Origin: Octopus vulgaris | Lineage: Eukaryota | Reading direction: 5' to 3' | Length of the DNA stretch: 64,000 nucleotides | NCBI GenBank assembly: GCA_951406725.2 | Contig: OX597816.1 | Coordinates: forward strand, 24,924,001-24,988,000 | Shown here: positions 26,431 to 39,231 of the stretch, piece after piece | Numbering within the stretch: the first letter of the stretch is position 1 | How the letters are laid out: each line of letters starts with the position of its first letter | Notes under the pieces: generated by a model | Told to the model about the DNA's origin: nothing | What the model saw: only the letters and a program-made list of their open reading frames with translations | Database searches by the model: none | Made by a program: the position numbers and the translations under genes

Positions 26431-27661
26431 TTATTAGGACTGTTTGACAAGATTCAATGCATCAGAGGACAATATTTTGCGCTAGCAATTAATTCTTCAC
26501 ATAGAAATCTGTGGTTAGATACTTTCCAACACCAACCACTTAACAGAATGTATTGGGTGCATTTTTTTTAGGGTTTACCTTGTACTCAGCAATGCTAAAG
26601 AGCTTGCTAAATCCCTGTGTTATTGCTGCTCGAATTAATTACCAATCACTTCAAGTGTACTGGGTGCTTTTGTGGCACCAAAATTGCATGAGAGTTCTGC
26701 ATGATGGAAGGAACATATTTATTGCCAGAGAGAGAGCAATGGAGAGAATGAATAATAGAGAACTTATCTTCGCAAAAACAAAGTTTACTAAGTGTTCTTC
26801 CTACAAATGAAGCAAAACACTTGAGATTTCAACTGACCCAAATATTTTAAGCAGGCATTTGGTCAAAAAGTTTGGGAAAAATTTATTTACACAGACTGAT
26901 GTGTATATGTGTGTGCATATGTGTGTAGATAACTCTCAAACATTACCCACTTGGCCATCTCATTTCCCCAAATGTTTATGATTCCTGTATTAGAAAGTCT
27001 TTAATCATTTCAGAATAAGAGATCTGGTTTTGTTTACAGGCTCAGGTAACACGACATAGTTGGTTGTAGATTATCTGTTGTCCAGTTTATAAAAGGTACA
27101 ACTCCACTCTCTCCAGCACAGTCTACATCTTCAACCAATTTCTAAGATTGAGAACAACAATGATGATGATGATGATGATGATGCCAGTATATGTACATTC
27201 AACATTAGAAAATTTCAGATATTGTTTTTTTTATCTGAATGGACCTGCATGCAGTGTATGCAAAGAAAAAAAAATGCAAGGAGCAACCTAAGATGTATTT
27301 TAATTGTGTAAAATAAATGAATGTTTTATAAAACCATTTTGACTATGTAATGGTTCTTGATAACAGGTTTTATTCTGATAACAACTGCTAGTTCAATACT
27401 TAGACTAGCAATGATTAGTCTTCGTTTGTTTTTTAACTTCCATGTTGAAACTGTTTTAGTTTCAACACATGGTCTCAAATAGAATTCACATGGCTGGCAA
27501 GTACATCTCTGATGATGTGTGCTTGAGTGTGAAATGTCACAAAAAGGTAATTTAAGGAATCCTTCTTTGCAGTTGTATGTACATACTTCTCGTCGATATA
27601 TTTCTGTTGATTTGGTTACAAATCTTCGCATGCTGGAATTTGGCAGAAGTTCAGCTGATGC

Positions 27662-27674
27662 TCAGAGTGGTAAC
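27662..27674 (-). CDS. osr: putative terminal coding exon (R-L-P-L-stop) followed by 3' UTR
   Basis: Acceptor atttctttttattcag|G TTA CCA CTC TGA fits the phase-2 donor AG|gtaatt at 29080, and unique non-repetitive sequence follows (about 26450-27660). Alternative: no splicing and a stop at 29076 (AGG TAA). Confidence 0.5.
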
Positions 27675-27720
27675 CTGAATAAAAAGAAATGTAATATATT
27701 ATAAAATATTCATATTTTAT

Positions 27721-27810
27721 ATCTCTGAAGAGCAGAAGAGTTGTCTATAAATGCTTATCAATATACGATTTCATTATAGGGACAACTCTTCTGCGAAACG
27801 ATCGGAAGAT
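27721..27810 (+). ncRNA. hammerhead ribozyme motif with long stem II and one core lesion
   Basis: atct CTGAAGA gcagaagagttgtc...gacaactcttctgc GAAA cgatcg ga agat; 14-bp perfect stem II; U16.1 appears as G. Confidence 0.7.
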
Positions 27811-28344
27811 GCTTTAAATAATTAATACAAAACTTTTTTTAAACTATCAAATTTATTTTATACATTACATTTATATTTTTATATTTATTTATTTTATATA
27901 TATTTTTAATACAATAAGTTCTTTCACACAGGTTTATCTTTTTGATGAGTTTGGATATTAATTTCCTTATATTAATAATAATAATAATAATAATAAGAAG
28001 AAGAAGAAGAATAATAATAGTAATAATAATAATAATATATTATTAAAAAATATATATATTCATAAATACATGTATACTACATGTACATTTCTTATTTGTG
28101 TGTGATGATTAAGGCTACCATTGGTTTCAGGTTAAGAAAAATATCGTAATTTTTCATGCCAATCACATGGAGGGATGATGTTCATCTCCATTTTGGAAGA
28201 CCATGGAGATATGATTGGTTTGAAAAATTGTTACTATATTAAGATATTTTTCTTAACATGAAACCAATGATAGCCTCAATACAAAAATAAAGAAATTTTA
28301 TCTACCAATGAAGTGTTGAGCACGCATTCTTATTGTTTGATGTT

Positions 28345-29035
28345 TAAGGTATATAAGAGATGCCACGACAATTTAGTAAGGCTTGTCCATCGGACACTTT
28401 GCAACAAGTATGGACTTGACAGAGCAAAAAATCGGTACAATCATAAACCCGAAGACATCATCAAAAATGATAATGCAATGATCCTGTGGGATTTTATGAT
28501 CCAGTGCGACCATGAGATAGAGAATAGGAAGCTAGACATAGTCTTAATTGAGAAAGAAAGCAAACTATGCTGGATCATAGATATAGCATGCCCAGCTGAC
28601 AGCAAGGTATGCGATGAGGAAGAAAGAAACGTCGATAGGTATGATAGGTTAGCTTGGGAGGTTAAGCAGTTGTGGTCGATGGAAAAGGTGGTAGTAGTAC
28701 CAATAATTGTTGAAGCCCTAGTCTTAATTGAGAAAGAAAGCAAACTATGCTGGATCATAGATATAGCATGCCCAGCTGACAGCAAGGTATGCGATGAGGA
28801 AGAAAGAAAAGTCGATAGGTATGATAGGTTAGCTTGGGAGGTTAAGCAGTTGTGGTCGATGGAAAAGGTGGTAGTAGTACCAATAATTGTTGAAGCCCTG
28901 GGAACAGTGAGAAAAATTCTTGAGAAGTAAATGGAACAAATAGGGGCTGCAATAAGGGTGGAGCGCTTGCAGAAAACAGCACTGCTTGGAACCGCTCGAA
29001 TATTCTGGAAGGTGCTTGAAAAATGAGAGGTGTTA
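28345..29035 (+). mobile_element. R4/Dong 3' fragment (family D) with a 180-bp internal tandem duplication
   Basis: YKRCHD (RHD motif), ILWDF..IQCD, RKLDIV (PD motif decayed), IIDIACP, ERKVDRY: restriction-like endonuclease domain; 28539-28718 is repeated at 28719-28898. Confidence 0.88.
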
Positions 29036-29079
29036 ATAATAAGAAGAAAAAGAAGAATGATAATGATGATGATAATTAC

Positions 29080-29184
29080 CTTGCAGGATGATGAACAGCT
29101 GTATGTGATTTTAAAGTTCTTGACTGACAAAAACCTTTCCCACAAATTTCACAAATAAATGGTTTTTTCTCTTGATGAGTATAT
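29080..29184 (-). CDS. osr: odd-skipped-related zinc-finger TF, coding exon 4 (finger 3)
   Basis: tttgtattctcaccag|A; encodes (K)[34 protein letters not shown], matching Osr finger 3 [14 protein letters not shown]; phase 2 matches exon 3. This frame is not in the supplied ORF track. Confidence 0.93.
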
Positions 29185-29324
29185 CTGGTGAGAATACAAA
29201 ATTAAATGGTAAATAAATATGTTTATTTATAGACACAGTACAATATACAAACTCGTGCACATAAGACACACACAGAGGCACAAATGCAAAATGTATGTAT
29301 ATACAGGGATTACATACCTGGGAG

Positions 29325-29480
29325 GGGAGAGAGAGAGAGAGAGAGAGAGAGGGAAACATGGTAAGAGACAGAGACAGAATGAAATGCAGAAACTGGGAGA
29401 GAGAGAGAGAGAGAGAGAAACATAGAAGAAGAGACAGACAGACAGACAGAAAGAAACAGGAGAGACAGACAGACTGAAAC

Positions 29481-29571
<91 letters not shown>

Positions 29572-29636
29572 CAGAAACAGAGAGAAAGAGACAGACAGAC
29601 AGACTGAAACAGAGAAACTGAGAGAAAGAGAAAGAG

Positions 29637-29712
<76 letters not shown>

Positions 29713-29883
29713 AGAGACAGAGACAGACTGAAATACAGAAGCACAGAGAGAAAAAGAGAGAGAGAAAGAGAAAAAACAAAGAGAGAGATGGACAGGTGGA
29801 CAGTAAGAAACAGAAATAGGTAGTGACAGACAGACAGACTGAAACACAGAGAGAGAGAGAGAAGAGAGAGAGAAGAGAGAGAG

Positions 29884-29948
<65 letters not shown>
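29325..29948. repeat. (AG)n/(AGAC)n/(AGAT)n compound microsatellite in osr intron 3
   Basis: Visible directly. Confidence 0.95.
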
Positions 29949-29951
<3 letters not shown>

Positions 29952-30150
29952 TCTAATAGGCTTTTCCATGTCAACTGAACACCTCATATATTATAACCAT
30001 TCCAGAAATATGATGTTGACATAAACATTGATGTCTTAAGTCTAGCATTACAATCGTTTATATATATATATATATATATATATTTAAAAAAAAAAACAAT
30101 TTAATTATGTATTTGTGTTTCATGGCAATTAACATTCTGTATCAACTTAC

Positions 30151-30306
30151 TTGTGATCTCGAAGGTGATCTCGCCGACGGAACCATTTCAAACACTTATC
30201 ACACTGATAAGGACGTTCATCTGTATGTGTTCTCACGTGGATGTTTCGGTTGTAAGCTTTGGTGAAACTTCGTTGGCAATACTGACAAATGTATACTCGT
30301 TTCTCA
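30151..30306 (-). CDS. osr: odd-skipped-related zinc-finger TF, coding exon 3 (fingers 1-2)
   Basis: ttttatttttacag|T ... AA|gtaagt. Encodes [51 protein letters not shown], matching the Odd/Osr signature [20 protein letters not shown]...FRRQDHLRDH. Confidence 0.95.
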
Positions 30307-30420
30307 CTGTAAAAATAAAATGAGTAGAAATTCAATAAATATGACTGTGTTTCATGATGTTTTGCTTCCCAACAAGGATGCACTCACCCAAGCTATCATG
30401 GTGCTTTGTTTAAGTAGCTT

Positions 30421-30812
30421 TCTTATTTCTTTATTGGCCACAAGGGGCTAAACATAGAAGGGACAAACAAGGACAGATAAACAGATTAAGTCAATTACAC
30501 CGACCCCAGTGCGTAACTGGTACTTAATTTATTGACCCCCGAAAGGATGAAAGACAAATTAGACCTTGGCGGAATTTGAACTCAGAATGCAGCAGCGGAC
30601 GAAATACCACAAAGCATTTCACCCGGCGTGCTAACGTTTCTGCCAAGCTCGCTGCCTTGTTACTTGGGTAAATAACTTTCTAATTTATCGACCCCCGAAA
30701 GGATGAAAGGCAAAGTAGACCTCGGCGGAATTTGAACTCAGAATGCAGCAGCAGACGAAATACCACAAAGCATTTCACCTGGCGTGCTAACGTTTCTGCC
30801 AGCTTGCCACCT
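30421..30812 (-). mobile_element. SINE family 1 with local duplication, osr intron 2
   Basis: Reverse complement of the family 1 consensus; many CpG-type changes. Confidence 0.78.
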
Positions 30813-31624
30813 TGTTACTTGGGTAAATAACTTTCTGCTATAGCCCGACTCTTGTCCATTCAAAACCATGTAAATGAATTTATCATCATCCGTTCTTCTC
30901 CTCATTGTTGTCATCGTGCAAATGGATTTATCATCATCTATTCTCATTGTAGTCATCATTGTCAATTTATATCTGTTTACAATGGTGGATGGTTTGACAG
31001 GATCTGGCAAACCACAGGGCTGCGTCATGCTCTAACGTTAGCTATGGTATGGATTCTATGGATGAATGCCTTTCCTAATGCCAAACACTTTATACTTTAG
31101 TAGATGGAAACTGAAAGAAGCCTGCTGTTCATGTGCAAGGAAATATATCATGTGATGGTTTTAAATGAAAATAACCATCACACAAATAGTCCCATTTCTA
31201 ATCTTCCATGGAAACATATCCAGCAATGTGAAAACACTATTTTGGGAACAGGTGAGGGTCGGTGACAAGAAGGGCATTCAGCCAAAGAAAATCTGCACTA
31301 ACAAATTCGGTTTGACCCATCCTTGCATTGGTCTGATGTTTAAACGATGTTGATGATATGAATAGTGGTTGGACCACAGAGGGGCTGTAAAACTGATAGC
31401 TGAAGCCTAATCACACCTAAGTAAACCGGTGTGTTTTCAAAATCTAAGGGTCTTTTATGGTGTGGTGATGTAAACCCCCATCCATTAGGTTTCCAGTTTG
31501 CAAATAAGGGAATGGTCTGTAGATATGTAGGTTAGCGGCGGTAACGGCAACAACCATGCTCAAATAATGTTTTTTACGTGCCACCTGCACAGGAGCCAGT
31601 GCAGTGGCACTGGCAACGACCTCA

Positions 31625-31677
<53 letters not shown>

Positions 31678-31752
31678 AAAGTTCACGAAAAAAAACAAAA
31701 GATGAAGATAGGTGGTGCACAAAACAAACAGATGTATTAGTATAATATAACT

Positions 31753-32505
31753 GGCTTCAGGAAACAACCACAAGGTACAATAGTTAAAATGAGATTGTAA
31801 AAACCAAGATAAGGCACTATTTTTACAATCTGAATATATCAGTGTATAACATGTTTTGGTCTTATCAGACCTTTTCTGGCTACCAGTTCTTGGAATGACT
31901 AGAGAGATAAGTTGTAACATGCTGGACTTCTTAGCCATAAAAATTGGTAAGCAGCCCTGGGCAGAAATGCGGGTTGTCCTTTCACAAGGTATATAGAACA
32001 TGCTAGCCACCCAGCCAGGGTCACTGTGAAATCCTGAAGCCCTGAAAAGAGCAGTAATGCCCACTATCATTGAAAAACTTAAGCATACTAAATATTTTAT
32101 CTTTAGATTTCTTGTAATTTGCAGAACAAGTTACATTTTTATCACTCTTGCTCTGGGAAACCCCATCAATTTTGACTGGCACTGCAACTATCTGTAGGAC
32201 CTGTGACCATAGACGAGAAATTAGCAGTGGAAAGATACAAGAACCTTTTTTATTAACACAGCCACATTTACTAATCACAGGATTCTAACTAACCAATCTT
32301 TATGGCTAAGTCCAGCATGTTACAACTTATCTCTCTAGTCATTCCAAGAACTGGCAGCCATGATTAAACTGTAATTTGCTAAAAAGGTCTAATAAGACCA
32401 AAACATGTTATACACTGATATATTCAGATTGTAAAACTAGTGCCCTTATCTTGGTTTTTACAATCTCGTTTTGACTGTTGTACCTTGTGGTTGTTTCCTG
32501 AAGCC
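31753..32505. mobile_element. MITE with about 200-bp TIRs in osr intron 2 (superfamily unassigned)
   Basis: ggcttcaggaaacaaccacaaggtacaa... and ...ttgtaccttgtggttgtttcctgaagcc; arms at about 31753-31948 and 32291-32505. Confidence 0.85.
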
Positions 32506-33224
32506 TGTTTATATTAATGATGCACCACACTAGGTACCATGATACCATAAATAATAACAAATTTAGCCATTCCTGTTTCTTTTACCAAAACGAATTCACC
32601 AGTCTATAAAAAAATATGAGGCTCACCCTTTTTTAAATTTAGATCTTCTAGCTCTCAGTGATGTAGTGATATTTCCAGGTTTTTGAAATCTGTAAAAGAA
32701 AGATAAATATTTTCTTTTAAAACTGGAAATAGGAGAGAAACCTAAAAACAGATTGTACAAATAGCATGAAATGGAATTAATGACTACTTATAAAATGGGA
32801 CCATTTCAACCCTTTTGTGTTCAGATTACTTTTTCAAAGACAATGTACAAACAGATGGAAAATATTATTTCAAATTAATCATGCATTATGTTGTAGTATC
32901 AAGATTTCAATGATGATGATGATGATGGTGATGGCGCGGCAACGATGACGACCATCATCATCGTCATCGTTTAATGTCTGCTTTACATGCTAGCATGGGT
33001 TGGATGGTTTGACAGAGGTCTGGTGAACCAAGCTGATCTGGCAGAGTTTCTACAGCTGGATGCTCTTCCTAATGCCAACCATTCCGAGAGTGTAGTGGAT
33101 GCTTTTACATGCCACCGGCATGAGGGCCAGTCAGGCGGTACTGGCAACAACCATGCTCAAATGGTGTTTTTTGCGTGCCACCTGCACAGGAGCCAGTGCA
33201 GTGGCACTGGCAACGACCTCACTC

Positions 33225-33264
<40 letters not shown>

Positions 33265-33351
33265 AAAGTTCATGAAAAAAACAAAAGATGAAGATAGGTG
33301 GTGTACAAAACAAACAAATGTATTAGTATAATGCTCAGGAATTGAAAAAGT

Positions 33352-33387
33352 CTTTTACGTTTCGAGCCTACGCTCTTCTACAGAAAG
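33352..33387 (-). ncRNA. minimal hammerhead-like motif with variant core CUGUAGA
   Basis: cttt CTGTAGA a gagc-gtag-gctc GAAAC GTA aaag; part of a repeat also seen at about 38543-38800 and, truncated, at 31673-31750. Confidence 0.62.
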
Positions 33388-33704
33388 GGACACAGAAAGA
33401 AACAAGGAGAGCAACAAGGAGGGAAAAAAAAATGTGTGTATACAACAGGCTTCTTTCAGTTTGCGTCTACTAAATCCACTCACAAGGCTTTGGTTGATCT
33501 GAGGCTCTAGCAGAAGACACTTGCCCAAGGTGTCATGCAGTGGGACCAAACCCGGAACCATGTGGTTGTTAAGCAAGCTACTTACCACACAGCTACGTTA
33601 GTATACTTTTTAAAAATCAATCAATCAATCTAAATAGATAATCACAAGCTAAATGAACAGAACACAAGACAAGATACCAAAATGATAGCACGTTAGTTAC
33701 TCAC

Positions 33705-34677
33705 CGACGAGGGGTTCTGATATGATGCAACTCCTGCAATCTATTATGAAACTGCTGACTACTTAAGAGCTGGCGACGGAAGTGCTGATATTTTCGTACT
33801 TCTGTGAACATATTGTCATTAACACCATTATTACTACCACTATTAATAACACTGTTACTGTTAATACTACTACTATTGCTGTCTTTGGTGAGTTCATATT
33901 TATAAACAACTTTATTTGATTCAGCTGTTTTGGTGGTGGTGGTCGTCGTCGTGGTTGTTAGTTTGTGATGCTTGTGTAAATGTTGGCTGTCTGCTACACT
34001 CATCGATTTCTCCGGGCTGTCCACCAAAATTCCAAGATGCTGCTTGTTCTCATTTATTTTTCCTTCAAGATGATGAACCTCTGTTATTGTCACAACATCG
34101 ATTTCCGGTTCCGGCGTTGAAATTTGCCTTTTTCTCTTTTGCTTTGCCTCTTCAATTGCTTCCATGGATTTACCAAGATTCCGAAAATTAAATGCTGGTG
34201 ATTTACACCTGTAGGAATCATCACCTTCAACATCTTTGTCATCACTACCACTACTGTCATCATCAATATTAGCTTTGTTATAATTACTATCAGCCTTAAT
34301 ATTATTATTGTTACTATTATTATTATTACTATTACAGCAACTGTTATTTTTAGCAATCGAAGAATTTACAACAGTTTCACAACAGCCGCATTCACTGCTA
34401 TTAGAACAGTGGAACTGGTTATGGGCCGTTGTCTTCATTCGTAGTTCTTCAAGTTGTTGTTTTTGATGTCTCAAATGACTGGGATGTTGCACATGCTGTT
34501 GCCGCCGAAGATGGTTAAGATGGTGTGGATCCTGAAGACTAGTGGTGGTGGGTTCTTCTTTGACATGTTGGAATTGGTTAAGCAGTTTTGATGACTGGGC
34601 TAATGCAAGTCTATGTGCAGCAGGAGGAACTATGGCTGACTGCAAACTCAGCAGCGATGACATTCCATTCTGTTTAC
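33705..34677 (-). CDS. osr: odd-skipped-related zinc-finger TF, coding exon 2 (973 nt)
   Basis: Acceptor attcttgatacag|GT; open for 323 codons (His/Gln/Asn/Thr-rich); contains PAFNFRNLG, similar to vertebrate Osr RFDFANLA; donor CG|gtgagt (phase 2) joins to give RTPRR-EKRVYIC. Confidence 0.85.
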
Positions 34678-34736
34678 CTGTATCAAGAATATAGGTATAA
34701 ATAGTTATAACATCAACCATGGAAATAATAATAATA

Positions 34737-34772
<36 letters not shown>

Positions 34773-37700
34773 GTACATCTAAAGTAACACCGACTGGATG
34801 AAACAGCTGGTAAGACAACATGAACAGAGTAAGAAACTGCACTCAACCTCAAAGGTGGCATATAAATACAGATGAAAGCTTAACCACCCTAATTCTGATG
34901 ATGGTGATGGTGATGAGGACACACCACTCACTAAGGCAGAAAATTGTTGGGATTGGCAAGAAAAACCCTTTGCATGGGCAATACAGCAAACGAGCTGGGA
35001 TGGATGTAGATATGAGAACACATCAGTATCTGCAGAGCATTGGTTTGAATGCTAAAACAGAAAAGATTTATCCCAGTGGTACAGTATCAGAATTTCCTCA
35101 CCTGGAACTCTCATCTAATCATGCACAATAAAATAGACACAAAGTGTAAACCCTGCAATGACTAACTTGAGAGCATTGATCACAATGTTGCTTAGTGCTC
35201 GCACCAACAGAATATAAAACCAGGATATGACTGAGTTGGTTAATATGCCGTCACTATGATATCCTGCACCCTGTAAACTGGTATGGACACCATCCAGAGC
35301 CAGTCACCATCCTATGGGATTATGAGATACATATAGATAAGCAAATAAATGCTAACAGACCAGATATCGTAATCAAAGAAATAGTTCTCGGGAAGATTCA
35401 GCATGACACAAGGTTGGCCCTTTGAAATACAGTTACAACAGCAACAGGAAGAAAGAGTGAGAGAAAGTGTAAAAGAGTACAGCAGGGTTCATCACCACCT
35501 CCAGCTGGAGCTATATGGAGCTTTTAGGTGTTCTCGCTCAGTAAACACAACACCCAGTCTGGGAATTGAAACCGCGATCCTATGACCACGAGTCTGCTGC
35601 CCTAACCACTGGGCCCTTGTGTCTCCACAATAATTGCATGTAACAGTGAATAAAGTCCTATATATGTAACCATATCACATAAATATACAGACATGAAAGC
35701 AGGAAATAATCTAAATTGTTTTAAACATAAATACTTACCACACCTTTGTTAGCAGAAGGAAAGAAAGGAAAGAGGAAATAAGAAAAAATATGAAGAAAAG
35801 AAAAGAAAACAATATTTGTTGTTTGTTTGCTACTCATAGTAAATAACTTATTTCCTGAACAGAAATTTCAGCTAAACACTTTAGCATCTAAGCAGGCTGT
35901 CATCATCATCATCATCATCATCGTTTAACGTCCGTTTTCCGTGCTAGCATGGGTTGGACGGTTCGACCGGGGATCGAGGAAGCCAGAAGGCTGCACCAGG
36001 CTCCAGTCTGATCTGGCAGAGTTTCTACAGCTGGATGCCCTTCCTAACGCCAACCACTCCGCGAGTGTAGTGGGTGCTTTTTACGTGCCACCTGCACAGG
36101 TGCCAGGGGGTGTCCGGCATCGGTCACGATCGGTGGGAGCTTTTAACGTGCCACCGGCACGGAAGCCAGCCAAGGCGACGCTGGCAACGGCCATGTTCAG
36201 ATGGTGCTTTTTATGTGCCACCAGCACAGGAGCCAGTCGGGGCTGAATCCGGCGAAAATATCCAACCAGTTTTATGTTCAAACTGACCAGATCCCAGTCT
36301 CTCACACCTACCCTACAATGTCATTCTAAAAAAATACACAAACACACTATTGATATCTCGAAGCTGTGAGATAAGGCATAATTAATTCCAAACTATGAAT
36401 AAATAAACATTACTTTAATAGAGTAACCTGAATATTAAGGTTAAAGGTTAAATAATTGTGTTAGCAAACAGAAAGCAAAAAAAAAAACAAAAACATTACG
36501 TAGACATAAGACAATGTAACATCTGATACAGTGGTAGGTCATATCTGGAATGTCTTTGATCATTTAGACCAGTGGTTCTCAACCCCTTTTTTAATCATAT
36601 TTTACTTTATTGGACCTCTGTAGCCATTCACGATATATATTAAAAATATCCTACCGTATTTTTATAATTAAGTATTCTTATATTGTTTTACTTGGTTCAA
36701 TTGTTTGACTGTGGCCATGCCAGGGCACCACTTTTAGTCAAAGAAATTGACCCCAGGACTTAATCTTTGTAAGCCTGGTACTTATTCTATTGGTCTCTTG
36801 TTGAACTGCTAAGTTTTGGGGACATAAACACACCAGCATCAGTTGTCAAGCAATGGTGGGGGGGACAAACACAGACACATAAATACATACATACACACAC
36901 ACACGTATATATACATACAGCAGGCTTCTTTCAGTTTCTTCTACCAAATCCACTCACAAGGCTTTGGTCTGCTTGAGGCTATAGTAGTAAGACACTCGCT
37001 CAAGGTGCCACACAGTGGGACTGAACCCAGAACCATGTGGTTGGAAAGCAAGCTTCTTACCATGTAGCCACTCCTGTGCCTCCAAACAGCCATGCCTTGT
37101 ATAAAAAAAAGGGAAATATAACCTGACCTATTTTGTGCACTTTCACTTTCTCTTGGCTCTCCACACTCACTAGTAGCCATGGATGGGGGGGGGGGGGCAC
37201 TTTTAAAGAGCACCACTTTTGGGTCTGCTATAGGCAATGTGTGTTTTTATGGGGGCCGGGGGTGGCAAACAGAAGGGCTCCCCCAGGAAGCACACACTCT
37301 AGCTATGCTATTGTCCACACTTTCTCTTCTCTTTCTATCTTTGTAGTAAACTAAACCCACTCTCCCTTTCTCAAACGCTATATATTTTAAACTCTTTTTA
37401 GACTACTTCCATCTTCTTTTCCCCGTCTCTCTCTCCTCTTTCTATCTCTTACTCCCTCTTATCAGCAAAATCAATAAAGTTTCTCCTTATCAAACAACCA
37501 ATAGTGGCAATTAAACTCTCTACTGCTAATTTCCATCTTTTCCTACCCATCTCTCTCTCTTTCTCTCTCTTTCACAAGCTCTCCTCTTCAACTAAGTAGC
37601 TACTTCAATGTTTAAAACAATTTCTAGATAGAATGGTTTTAAATTTGGTAAAAATAAATTTTGTGCACTTTGTCACAAAGGAAAAAAAAAAATGACAGGA

Positions 37701-38184
37701 CTTCTGGATACTTCCTCAAATGTTTCCCACAAAGCCCTTTCTTTTGAGAATGCAAACCAGTATCACTTGTCCCCTTGGACACACGTATCACCATTAGTTT
37801 CCTTGTAAATAGGAAGAACATCAATAAATTTCCTTCAATTCTATAGTTTTTATGTCTTTTACTGAGTGACCGGTATGAAGGTGCATGGCTTAGTGGTTAG
37901 AGCATCAAGCTTATGATCGTGAGGTTGTGAGCTCAAATTCTGGACCAGGCTGCGTGTTGTGCTCTTGAGCAAGACGCTTTATTTCACGTTACAAGATAAT
38001 GTAGACATTATAGCAGAAAGACAAAAATAATAAAAAAGAATGATCAAGATTGGTCAGGTCAACTTTGAAACAGATTTCCTGAAATTAATCGAGATTCATC
38101 TGGAAATTAACCAACAACAAATACACACAAAACAACAACTAAAAGAGAAGAAAAATATAGGGAAATGTAATTAATTCAACTCAC

Positions 38185-38452
38185 TTGGATAATTATAATA
38201 ATCTTCTCTTTGCCTTCGAGGAGATGGACTTGGAATGTGCGGTGATGGCCATGGTAAAAAACCTGACACAAATTGCTGGTAATGGAGAATGTCATTTAGG
38301 GCACAGCTGGGAATGCCTGTGGTTGAACTGTTGTTGCTCATGGTTGGTGGCAAACAGGTAGAATGGTTACCTCCGAAGTGTGACTGGGAGAAGAATGGCC
38401 GAATTGGATGGTGTACAAACATCATAGTTGGGCTGATCAAAGTATGTGCCAT
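38185..38452 (-). CDS. osr: odd-skipped-related C2H2 zinc-finger transcription factor, coding exon 1
   Basis: ATG at 38452 with an in-frame TAA 12 codons upstream, within an exon that starts at a pyrimidine-rich acceptor (tttttttctctttctag|G, 38511), implying an unlocated non-coding upstream exon. Pro/His/Ser-rich ORF ends CCA A|gtgagt (phase 1), which matches exon 2 (A+GT = Ser). Confidence 0.72.
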
Positions 38453-38828
38453 GATGATTGTGATGATAGGATGTCGATCAACTCTTTAAGTAACTCCTAG
38501 GAATTTAACTCCTAGAAAGAGAAAAAAACACATACATAAATATATGAGGAGAATTTATGAAAAAAAAAACAAAAGACGAAGACAGGTGGTGTACAAAACA
38601 AACAGATGTATTAGTATAACGCTCAGGAATAGAAAAAGTCTTTTATGTTTCGAGCCTACGCTCTTCTACAGAAAGCAACACAGAAAGAAAAAAAGGAGAG
38701 AAACAAGGAGAGAAAAAAAATGTGTGTAGTGGCTAACGATCTATCATGGCGACTGCCAGACAGAAGGGTCACACACAAGAGGTTAAGAAGTAGGGGACTT
38801 AACAATGTAAAGATGACCCTCAAATATG

Positions 38829-38860
<32 letters not shown>

Positions 38861-39018
38861 TATACACACACACTCACAAGTAAAATAAAATAAAATAGTG
38901 AAGATGCAAAGCTTTTTGCAGTGCATAAAGGAAATTATTCAGGCACAAAAGCCCATCATCAGTCTATACCAGGGGTTTGCAACCTTATTTTGTTCTTGGG
39001 CCAATGCACCATATCTAT

Positions 39019-39185
39019 AGGCATAGGAGTGGCTGTGTGGGTAAGTAGCTCGCTTACCAACCACATGGTTCCGGGTTCAGTCCCACTGCATGGCACCTTG
39101 GACAAGTGTCTTCTACTATAGCTGCGGGCCAATCAAAGCCTTGCGAGTGGATTTGGTTGATGGAAACTGAAAGAAGCCTGTCGTA

Positions 39186-39231
<46 letters not shown>

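Noticed and set aside
27326-27631. 101-aa minus-strand ORF as an extra osr exon
   Set aside because: Not in frame with the acceptor at 27674, which hits TGA after four codons; no C2H2 pattern; more likely 3' UTR.
34678-34861. N-terminal extension of the 386-aa ORF
   Set aside because: Includes a poly-Tyr/Ile run from an AAT repeat and lies upstream of a good acceptor at 34677 whose phase matches exon 1; treated as intron.
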